Assembly: GCA_041671645.1 (NCBI GenBank) | Contig: JBAZBD010000002.1 | Coordinates: forward strand, 1-44,459 | Length of the DNA stretch: 44,459 nt | From: Patescibacteria group bacterium | GTDB taxonomy: Bacteria > Patescibacteriota > UBA1384 > XYA2-FULL-43-10 > 1-14-0-10-43-13 | Direction: 5' to 3' | Shown here: positions 17,893-24,504 of the stretch, piece by piece | Layout of the letters: the number at the start of each line of letters is the position of its first letter | Position numbering within the stretch: position 1 is the stretch's first letter | Translations under genes and position numbers: made by a program | The notes under the pieces: model-generated | Database searches by the model: none | What the model saw: only the letters and a program-made list of their open reading frames with translations | What the model was told of the DNA's origin: nothing

Positions 17893-18636
17893 ATGAAAAT
17901 TGCCGGCATTCAAAAATTAACCCTTGTCGATTTTCCTGGACATGTAGCAGCCACATTGTTCACCCAAGGTTGCTCATTCCGTTGCGGGTTTTGCCACAAT
18001 CCTGAGTTAGTTTTGCCAGAGAAGTTCGAGGGCCTACTCCTGGAGGGGGAGGTCTTCGAATTTCTCGAGGCTAGATACGGTAAATTGACTGGAATCTGTC
18101 TGACCGGTGGGGAACCGCTGCTTCAGCCAGACGCTGGTAAATTTATCTCGCATATGAAGGCCCTTGGTTTCGACGTTAAACTCGACACTAATGGCTCTTT
18201 TCCTGATCGTCTTGAACAAATTATCAAAGATGGCGATGTTGATTACATAGCTATGGATATCAAAAATAGTTTGAATAAATATGTTCAAACTATTTCGAGT
18301 CAAAAGTCAAAAGTCAAAAGTCAAAAGAATTGTCATTCCGGACTTGATCCGGAATCCAGATTATTAATTAAAAGTATTCAACGCTCTATTCAATTGATCA
18401 TTAGCAGCGGCATCGATTATGAATTTCGTACTACTGTTTGTCATCCGTATCACGAAGTCGCTGATTTCGAAGATATCGGCAAATTGATTCAAGGCGCCAA
18501 ACGCTATTTTATTCAAAATTATCAAGACTCCAAGCGCATAAACGAATCAATCGAATATTCTGCCTTCACCGACAAAGAGCTCAATGAAGCAAACAAGATT
18601 ATGAAGAAATATGTTAAAGAATCGGAGGTCAGATGA
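17893..18636 (+). CDS. nrdG: Anaerobic ribonucleotide reductase activating protein (radical SAM)
   Basis: The CxxxCxxC motif is GCSFRCGFCHNPEL. GGEPLL and DYEFRTTV motifs are present. It lies 7 nt after nrdD. It carries a ~19-aa extra segment (see repeat 18298-18355). Confidence 0.9.
   Translation: MKIAGIQKLTLVDFPGHVAATLFTQGCSFRCGFCHNPELVLPEKFEGLLLEGEVFEFLEARYGKLTGICLTGGEPLLQPDAGKFISHMKALGFDVKLDTNGSFPDRLEQIIKDGDVDYIAMDIKNSLNKYVQTISSQKSKVKSQKNCHSGLDPESRLLIKSIQRSIQLIISSGIDYEFRTTVCHPYHEVADFEDIGKLIQGAKRYFIQNYQDSKRINESIEYSAFTDKELNEANKIMKKYVKESEVR
18298..18355 (+). repeat. Intragenic 7-bp tandem repeat (AGTCAAA x4.3) followed by a REP-like palindrome
   Basis: AGTCAAA units start at 18298, 18305, 18312 and 18319. 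The palindrome is ATTCCGGA (18335-18342), CTTGA, TCCGGAAT (18348-18355). The segment translates in frame as SQKSKVKSQKNCHSGLDPES. Confidence 0.85.
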
Positions 18637-19019
18637 ACACATGCGAATTTTGCGAAATGATGAAGAATCGCCCAGAAGAGTTCGTCCTCGAGAGCGATAA
18701 TTTCACAGTACATAAGTCGAACTTTCCAGTTAGCCCTGGCCACTCTGAGATATTGCCCAAGAATCATATTGAATCATTTTTCGATCTTTCTGATGGAGAA
18801 GTCATAGAGCTTTATAATTTGATCAAAGAAGCAAAATCTCAACTGGATGAAAAATTCAAACCAGATGCATATAATATCGGTGTCAACGACGGGCGAGCGG
18901 CCGGACGAACTATCGATCATTTGCATATTCATCTAATCCCAAGATACGAAGGCGACACTCCAAACCCTCGTGGCGGAATCCGCAATATCTTCCCCGACAA
19001 GGCAGACTATACGAAATAA
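18633..19019 (+). CDS. HIT-family (histidine triad) nucleotide hydrolase/transferase
   Basis: The histidine triad is HLHIHLIPR and the N-terminus has CEFCEM. It overlaps the nrdG stop by 4 nt (ATGA). Confidence 0.9.
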   Translation: MNTCEFCEMMKNRPEEFVLESDNFTVHKSNFPVSPGHSEILPKNHIESFFDLSDGEVIELYNLIKEAKSQLDEKFKPDAYNIGVNDGRAAGRTIDHLHIHLIPRYEGDTPNPRGGIRNIFPDKADYTK

Positions 19020-19025
19020 TTAAAA

Positions 19026-19049
19026 AGAGACACGCAATTGCGTGTCTCT
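19026..19049 (-). terminator. Rho-independent terminator (10-bp perfect stem), oriented for the minus-strand gene
   Basis: AGAGACACGC (19026-19035), AATT, GCGTGTCTCT (19040-19049). On the minus strand a TTTTT run follows. On the plus strand there is no U-run. Confidence 0.65.
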
Positions 19050-19641
19050 ACAGAATAACGGGATTGCTCCCTTTGACGACCATTGTGTCGTCAGTATTGG
19101 GTATTGGGATTCTATCGAGTGGAAGAGCGAGACTCATCCAATCAGCATGTTCGCAATCCGCTGAATCGTCTCCGTAGCATTTGAATCTGCCATCGTCGAT
19201 GGCACGGATCAAGACGCATCCGCTGTATCCCAACCGCTTGAGAGTTAGTATGAACTTAGCAACGTCTGGGACATTACCATTGTGGGACGCGTGGCCCCAG
19301 TCGATCACCACCAACTCAGTTGGCGGTGGGATGACCGTCGTTGGCGATAGCATTTCAGGCGATGTCGGCATCTGCAGTGTCGTCGCCTGCTTTAGGCAGT
19401 CGTTTCTGATCATCTCGAGATAGGCGACTGCTGTCTCAAAGTCGGTAGCCGAGGAGACAAGGCAGCCAGTCTTGGTCTCCACTCGATCCGTCATCCATGA
19501 CCAGGACGGATGGTCAGTGATCAGGAGGATTCGTCTGGTTTGGCATGCCTTCGCAATTTCTTCCAGAATCATCCAAGGGATTGATACTATAATCCATAGT
19601 ATCCGTGCGATCTTCTTCAGCACATGAAATAGAGTTTTCAT
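19048..19641 (-). CDS. Hypothetical membrane-anchored protein with a degenerate receiver (CheY-like) pattern
   Basis: The ORF runs 19048-19704 from a TTG; I prefer the ATG at 19641 (MKTLFHVLKK...). It has an N-terminal hydrophobic helix. The order RILLITDHP ... ELVVIDWGH ... GCVLIRAID resembles REC beta1/beta3/beta4 strands but lacks the canonical acidic pair. The start position is uncertain. Confidence 0.55.
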   Translation of the reverse strand: MKTLFHVLKKIARILWIIVSIPWMILEEIAKACQTRRILLITDHPSWSWMTDRVETKTGCLVSSATDFETAVAYLEMIRNDCLKQATTLQMPTSPEMLSPTTVIPPPTELVVIDWGHASHNGNVPDVAKFILTLKRLGYSGCVLIRAIDDGRFKCYGDDSADCEHADWMSLALPLDRIPIPNTDDTMVVKGSNPVIL

Positions 19642-19766
19642 TTTGCACCAGCCTTTTTCAGAAAGATATGTTGACACCATACAATATTTGTATCCATTTG
19701 ACAATCAAAAGTTGACTTGATCTCTAGGATTGGTCTAATCTTAAACTACTAAATTTGGAGTTATCT

Positions 19767-20735
19767 ATGAAAATATCAGATCCAATCTACGGTGAATTTG
19801 AAATCACTGAGCCAGTTATCCTGGATCTTTTGGAGTCTCCCGCGATGTTGCGCATCAAGAACGTGAGCCAATACGGCATCCCTGACGAATATTATGAGCT
19901 GATCAATTTCAGCCGTTTCGAACATTCTCTCGGTGTCATGCTGCTCTTGCGAAAGTTAAAGGCTCCGATCGAAGAGCAGATCGCTGGTTTGCTTCACGAT
20001 GTTTCGCATTTTGCCTTTTCTCACATCGCCGACTGGGTTTTTGCTGGCGGCGGCACTCTTGGCAACGTCGAAGATTTCCATGACCGAGGCCATGAAGTAT
20101 TTATCGAGAAGACCGAGCTTCCGGCACTTTTGAAGCGCCATGGCTTTGATGTCGACAAAATCACAGACGAGAATAATTTCCCGCTTCTGAACAACGAGAT
20201 TCCAGATGTCTGCGCTGACCGCTTCGATTATGCTATTCAGGAGATTTACCGTTTTCTGGAGCCGAGCTCAACTCTTGAATGTGTCGCTAGTTTGAGGAAT
20301 CACAATAATTCCATAGTTTTTGCGGACCAGAAAAGCGCGCTTAAATTCGCCAAATTATTCCTAAGATTACAACAGGAGCATTGGGGACACTCAAATACGA
20401 CCGCGCGATACCGTTATTTTTCAAACGCGCTCAAGCGTGCGCTCGGATTGGGGATTATCGCGAAAGAAGATTTTTATCTGACTGACGATCATATGATGTC
20501 CAAGATTCTGAAGGCAAATGACCCAGAAATCGACAGAACACTAGATCTGCTCCGAGACAAGAAATTCTACCAAAATCTAAAAAAAACAGGTCAAGTAATC
20601 CACAAGAAATTTCGCTATGTTGACCCGCTATTCTTGTCTGGAGACAGCACTCTGCGTTTGTCCGAAGTCGATTCTGAATTCAAGAAAATTATCGAAGACG
20701 CGAGAAAAGAGAACTCCAAAGGAATCGAAATTTAA
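19767..20735 (+). CDS. HD-domain metal-dependent phosphohydrolase (SAMHD1/dNTPase-like N-terminal pattern)
   Basis: Motifs in order: MKISDPIYGEFEI...LRIKNVSQYG...RFEHSLGVMLL...LLHDVSHFAFSH...CADRFDY. I prefer the ATG at 19767 over the TTG at 19755. Confidence 0.8.
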   Translation: MKISDPIYGEFEITEPVILDLLESPAMLRIKNVSQYGIPDEYYELINFSRFEHSLGVMLLLRKLKAPIEEQIAGLLHDVSHFAFSHIADWVFAGGGTLGNVEDFHDRGHEVFIEKTELPALLKRHGFDVDKITDENNFPLLNNEIPDVCADRFDYAIQEIYRFLEPSSTLECVASLRNHNNSIVFADQKSALKFAKLFLRLQQEHWGHSNTTARYRYFSNALKRALGLGIIAKEDFYLTDDHMMSKILKANDPEIDRTLDLLRDKKFYQNLKKTGQVIHKKFRYVDPLFLSGDSTLRLSEVDSEFKKIIEDARKENSKGIEI

Positions 20736-20782
20736 GATCTATGGGGAAATAAAGGAGCGGGGAATAAATCCCCGCGAGGTCT

Positions 20783-21124
20783 TCAGGCTTGCTCGAGCCT
20801 GATTTGGTAGTGGATGATGCCAAGTGTTAGGGCGATGTCAGCGGATATTATCTGCTCGTCTTTATCTCTTTCGAAATGGCTTGTGCAAGCAACGCTTGCT
20901 AGCGATTTCTCGACTCTTCCAAAGTCAGAAACTTTTAAGTTCAAAGTTTCATTATTTGTCTCATTACCGAGGCAGATCTTTACCTCCGACAAGGTGTTGG
21001 TCCAGATAACATCCAGATGATTTTCTTTGTCTGGTCGGCATTGGCCGCCAGCGAATTCTATCAGTCGTGCTCCCAACAAATAGGGCAGACTGCAATTGGT
21101 GACCAGGGATACTAAGGAACCCAT
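20783..21124 (-). CDS. Hypothetical protein (113 aa)
   Basis: A GGGAGG SD lies ~10 nt upstream of the ATG (reverse complement of 21131-21140). I recognise no motif in the product. Confidence 0.5.
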   Translation of the reverse strand: MGSLVSLVTNCSLPYLLGARLIEFAGGQCRPDKENHLDVIWTNTLSEVKICLGNETNNETLNLKVSDFGRVEKSLASVACTSHFERDKDEQIISADIALTLGIIHYQIRLEQA

Positions 21125-21253
21125 CTTTCTCGTGCCTCCCTTTTTTAGGCATTTTTACGATAGTACCACTTTGGCTGCAACAATAAAAGTCCTCCAGCGC
21201 TATGATTATCCGCAACCATTTCTAAGTCGCGAGCGGTGCGGTATACTTGTCTT

Positions 21254-21814
21254 ATGACATATAAGACTCACTTATCAACAGGCATGCTTTTCTCCGCCAT
21301 CGTCTTTTTGTTGATCTACGACATTAATCTCTCGCCGGTATTAGTACTGACGCTTGTTTTGGCGACTTGGCTTGGCTCATCCACTCCAGACTTGGACACG
21401 CCGACTGGAGGATTGTGGCAGAAGGTTCCGGCAGGATCATTTCTCGGCAAAATCATCCACCCCGTATTCCTCGGCGGACACCGTCATCTCTCGCACTCTC
21501 TGATTGGCATGGGCATTTTCGTCTGGCTTTTCTGGATGCTTCTAATGTGGCTTGGCCTGTATTCTCCTATGCCTGACATGCACACTTTGCTCTTTGCATT
21601 TATTCTCGGTTATTCCTCTCATCTTTTCGCCGATCTTTTCACCGAGGCGGGTGTACCACTGCTTTTTCCAATCGATTACCATTTTGGTATCCCACCCGAT
21701 CCATTTGGCAAAGTCAGGATCAAAACAGGGAAGTGGTTCGAGAATTTAATCGTATATCCGGTCGTCAATATTGCTCTCCTCCTCGTGATTCTGTGTTATT
21801 TCAAAGTCATTTAG
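21254..21814 (+). CDS. Membrane-bound metal-dependent hydrolase, YdjM/DUF457 family
   Basis: MTYKTHLSTGMLFS..., TPDLDTP, HRHLSHSL and SHLFADLFT form the His/Asp pattern typical of DUF457. It has 4-5 TM helices. Confidence 0.75.
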   Translation: MTYKTHLSTGMLFSAIVFLLIYDINLSPVLVLTLVLATWLGSSTPDLDTPTGGLWQKVPAGSFLGKIIHPVFLGGHRHLSHSLIGMGIFVWLFWMLLMWLGLYSPMPDMHTLLFAFILGYSSHLFADLFTEAGVPLLFPIDYHFGIPPDPFGKVRIKTGKWFENLIVYPVVNIALLLVILCYFKVI

Positions 21815-21994
21815 GGGAGATAAATCCTGCCACATCTGGATTTTTATTGACAAATCTGCTATAGTTAACTCGAAGTTAAAGGTCGAAAACTTCGATTAAG
21901 AAAACATAATTGGGTTAGATTTATATTAGGGTGCATTTGTTAGCTTATACGTGGATAAAGGGTTCCTTGGCTACTAATTAAATCTAAAGTTCAA

Positions 21995-22312
21995 ATGGAT
22001 ATCACAGAAGACAAAAGGGATTTCGTCCCTAATGAACCAAGCCAAAAACTTTTCATCGGCGGATTAGCTTGGGCCGCGACTGATGAGGATCTTAAAGCAG
22101 CTTTTGCCCCTTTCGGCGAAGTTGTTGCAGCCTCAGTTGTTCGCTACCCAGACACCGGCAGATCTAAAGGGTTCGGGTTCGTAGAGTACGGTACAGTCGA
22201 AGAGGCTGTAGTTGCTCAAAAAGAGATGGATGGTAAGGAAATCATGGGTCGCTCAGTCAAAGTTGACTTTGCCAAACCTAAGACAGACAGACCAGACCGA
22301 GACAGAGAGTAA
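21995..22312 (+). CDS. RRM-type RNA-binding protein
   Basis: RNP2 is KLFIGGL and RNP1 is KGFGFVEY. It is a single ~80-aa RRM with a short charged tail. Confidence 0.85.
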   Translation: MDITEDKRDFVPNEPSQKLFIGGLAWAATDEDLKAAFAPFGEVVAASVVRYPDTGRSKGFGFVEYGTVEEAVVAQKEMDGKEIMGRSVKVDFAKPKTDRPDRDRE

Positions 22313-22330
22313 TCTCTACTCACTCAAAAA

Positions 22331-22362
22331 ATACCTCAGCAGAAATGCCGAGGTATTTTTGT
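22331..22362 (+). terminator. Rho-independent terminator of the RRM gene
   Basis: ATACCTCAGC (22331-22340) pairs with GCCGAGGTAT (22347-22356) with one mismatch. A TTTTT run follows. Confidence 0.75.
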
Positions 22363-22489
22363 TGTAATCAATAAATGTTTTGGTTTAGATTTAATCTATG
22401 CTTAATCCATTCAAGTTAGCCCAAGCATAACGGCACGAACTATAAGCGGTAGCGATTTGCACGCTATAGCGTTTAAACCGCTACCATAT

Positions 22490-22518
22490 TTGACACAATT
22501 TTTTCAGGTTGGTATGCT
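22490..22518 (+). promoter_or_regulatory. Near-consensus sigma70 promoter
   Basis: TTGACA (22490-22495), a 17-nt spacer, then TATGCT (22513-22518). It lies ~170 nt upstream of the yhhQ-like start codon. Confidence 0.6.
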
Positions 22519-22547
22519 CAGAACATGATATTGAATAAGAAACTCCA

Positions 22548-22613
22548 AACTTGGTCTAGCTACATCAAAGTTCTCTCCTAGGGAATCGCTTTAAAGTAAG
22601 CGATTTCCTTTTC
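22548..22613 (+). promoter_or_regulatory. Candidate preQ1-I-like aptamer followed by an intrinsic terminator (attenuator leader)
   Basis: AACUUGG UCUAGCUACA UCAAAGUU (22548-22572) is a short hairpin. Its loop UCUAGCUACA equals the loop I remember from the B. subtilis queC preQ1-I aptamer. A downstream CUAG (22578-22581) could form the pseudoknot. The terminator is GGGAATCGCTT (22581-22591) / AAGCGATTTCC (22598-22608) followed by TTTT. The usual A-rich tail is missing. Confidence 0.35.
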
Positions 22614-22691
22614 GATCTGTCTTGCGGCAGATTTTTTGTTTGTTTCAAACACCTCATATGTGTGAGGTGTTTGAGTCACGAAAGGAACCCC

Positions 22692-23357
22692 ATGTTTAAT
22701 ATGAAGAAGTTTGATTTATTGGTCTCTGTCTATATATTTTGTGTCGTTGCTTCGGAGCTGATGGGCGGCAAGACGTTCTACCTTTTCAGCATTGGCTCAT
22801 ACCATCTGAACGCCAGTGTCGCGATCCTGCTTTTGCCGTTCGTTTACACCATCAACGACGTCATCGTCGAAACTTTTGGCAAAGCGCGAGCCCAGAGTCT
22901 GGTCCGGTCCAGCATATTTGTTATTGTTCTGCTAGTACTTTTCTCCCTGGCGGCCACTGCATTGCCACCATCGACTCGGTTCTTGCCGACTGAAAAGGCT
23001 TATGACACCATCTTCAAAATCTCTATTCGTTTTTCTCTGGCTAGTCTGACCGCCTTTATCCTTGCTGAATTTGCTGATGTCTATATTTTCAGCAAACTAC
23101 GCCAGAGGCTGGGCAAAAAGGTATTGTGGTTTCGTACCAATCTCTCTAATATTTTGTCTCAATTTATCGACACCTCCGTCTTCATGATTCTGGCCTTTTA
23201 TGCCCTGGACAAATCATTGGGGGCTAATATGAGCTTTATCTTTAGCCTTGTTTTGCCCTATTGGCTGCTAAAGTGTCTAATGTCCCTTTTCGAGACGCCT
23301 TTTGCATATCTGGGTGTCGCTTGGCTGAGACGAGGGGATGGTAAAAATGAAGATTAA
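22692..23357 (+). CDS. yhhQ: Queuosine-precursor (7-deazapurine) transporter, YhhQ/DUF165 (VUT) family
   Basis: It is a multi-TM protein. The motifs LPFVYTINDVIVETFG and FADVYIFSKLRQ...W.R...S......DTSVFMILAF match the YhhQ pattern. The ATG at 22692 follows a GAAAGGAA SD. The GTG at 22662 lies inside a hairpin. Confidence 0.8.
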   Translation: MFNMKKFDLLVSVYIFCVVASELMGGKTFYLFSIGSYHLNASVAILLLPFVYTINDVIVETFGKARAQSLVRSSIFVIVLLVLFSLAATALPPSTRFLPTEKAYDTIFKISIRFSLASLTAFILAEFADVYIFSKLRQRLGKKVLWFRTNLSNILSQFIDTSVFMILAFYALDKSLGANMSFIFSLVLPYWLLKCLMSLFETPFAYLGVAWLRRGDGKNED

Positions 23358-24093
23358 CCCAATCAAAACGAGCATTGTCAGGCCTGGCGATAAACTTTTC
23401 GATATTTTTGATCAATTTATTTCAACTCTTACGGAAGGATCGATACTTGCTGTGACCTCCAAAATTGTTTCGATCTGCGAAGGCTCGGTCCTTTCCCGAC
23501 AACACAACGAAAAGGACCTTTTAACAGCCAGAGAAGCCGACTATTATCTACCAACGAAAAATGCAGGCTTTGGCACAACATTGACAATTAAAAATAACAT
23601 TTTAATTCCAAACGCTGGAATCGACGAGTCAAACGGCGGAGGAAACTACATTTTGTGGCCCAAAAATCCCCAGAAAAGTGCCAATCAAATTCGGCGATAT
23701 TTGGTGAAAAGATTTAGGCTTGAAAGAGTCGGAGTCATTATCACGGACAGCAAGACTACGCCACTGCGTTGGGGGACGACTGGCATTGCGCTAGCTTATT
23801 CTGGCTTTTGTCCACTCAACAATTATATAGGGAAGCCTGACCTTGATGGCAGGGAAATGATGGCGACCAAGGCGAGCCTAGTCGACGGTTTGGCCGCCGC
23901 CGCAGTTCTAGTGATGGGGGAAGGCAGTGAGCAAACACCGATGGCAATGATGGAAAACCTGCCGTTCGTCAAATTTGTTTCGGCCGATCCAAACAAAAAG
24001 GAATTAGAGAGCCTAAATATTGAAGCCAAAGACGACCTTTATGGAGAATTATTAAACAGCGTTTCTTGGCAAACGGGTGGCAAGAAGCGCTAA
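23347..24093 (+). CDS. CofE-family gamma-glutamyl ligase-like protein (F420-0:L-glutamate ligase fold; true substrate unknown)
   Basis: Motifs: VTSKIVSICEG, NAGIDESNG, GVIITDSKTTPLRWGTTGIALAYSG, VDGLAAAAVLVMGEG. It overlaps the yhhQ-like stop by 11 nt (20 nt if the ATG at 23338 is used). Confidence 0.75.
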   Translation: MKINPIKTSIVRPGDKLFDIFDQFISTLTEGSILAVTSKIVSICEGSVLSRQHNEKDLLTAREADYYLPTKNAGFGTTLTIKNNILIPNAGIDESNGGGNYILWPKNPQKSANQIRRYLVKRFRLERVGVIITDSKTTPLRWGTTGIALAYSGFCPLNNYIGKPDLDGREMMATKASLVDGLAAAAVLVMGEGSEQTPMAMMENLPFVKFVSADPNKKELESLNIEAKDDLYGELLNSVSWQTGGKKR

Positions 24094-24095
24094 TC

Positions 24096-24196
24096 TTATC
24101 CCCAGAAAAGGTGGTTATCCACACTCAGATAATACCCAGATGGGGTATACTGTGGAAAGGCAGGGGTATCACTGCGGACAACTAAAGTTATCCGCA
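24096..24196. promoter_or_regulatory. Cluster of DnaA-box-like 9-mers
   Basis: TTATCCCCA at 24096-24104 (8/9). TTATCCACA at 24115-24123 (9/9). TGTGGAAAG at 24151-24159 (reverse, 7/9). TGCGGACAA at 24173-24181 (reverse, 7/9). TTATCCGCA at 24188-24196 (8/9). Confidence 0.4.
24132..24148. promoter_or_regulatory. CsoR/RicR-type palindromic operator candidate
   Basis: The sequence is ATACCC-AGATG-GGGTAT. An extra GGGGTAT half-site lies at 24163-24169. It sits ~105 nt upstream of the CsoR-family gene. Confidence 0.45.
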
Positions 24197-24252
24197 AATT
24201 ATCAATTAAGTTGTCATTTCGACTCGACGTAGTCGGTGAAGAAATCTTCAAA

Positions 24253-24495
24253 ATGAAACACCAATCATTATTCAATCGTCTCCGTCGTATTGAGGGTCAG
24301 ATTCGTGGTATCGAAGAAATGACCGCCAACAACAAACCAGAACAAGATATCTTGATTCAATTAGAGGCGGCCAAATCTGCACTTGCCGCGGCCACAGTCA
24401 ATTTGATCGAGGATATCGTCAAAGTCGATGGCGAAAGCGTCACCATCCCGGCCGACCAGGCCAGGGCTATTCTCAAAATCGTCAAAAAAAGTTAA
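24253..24495 (+). CDS. CsoR/RcnR/FrmR-family (DUF156) transcriptional repressor lacking the usual Cys/His ligands
   Basis: The family signature is NRLRRIEGQIRGIEEM. Where CsoR has C36/H61/C65, this protein reads E (PEQDIL), D and V (IEDIVKV). I prefer the ATG at 24253 over the TTG at 24211. Confidence 0.75.
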   Translation: MKHQSLFNRLRRIEGQIRGIEEMTANNKPEQDILIQLEAAKSALAAATVNLIEDIVKVDGESVTIPADQARAILKIVKKS

Positions 24496-24504
24496 TCTTT
24501 ACTT

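Noticed and set aside
21206-21214. Isolated DnaA-box-like 9-mers: TTATCCGCA at 21206-21214 and TGTGGATAA at 28739-28747.
   Set aside because: Single boxes are expected by chance in 44 kb of AT-rich DNA, and neither is clustered.
22662-22691. The GTG at 22662 as the start of the yhhQ-like gene, as in the ORF track.
   Set aside because: The GTG lies inside the perfect 11-bp hairpin (22646-22673) and has no SD. The ATG at 22692 has GAAAGGAA at the right distance and gives a typical N-terminus.
24094-24210. The DnaA-box cluster as the chromosomal replication origin.
   Set aside because: It spans only ~115 bp, has no AT-rich unwinding element or 13-mer-like repeats, and has no dnaA/dnaN nearby. 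I kept it as a DnaA-box cluster of unknown role rather than calling it oriC.
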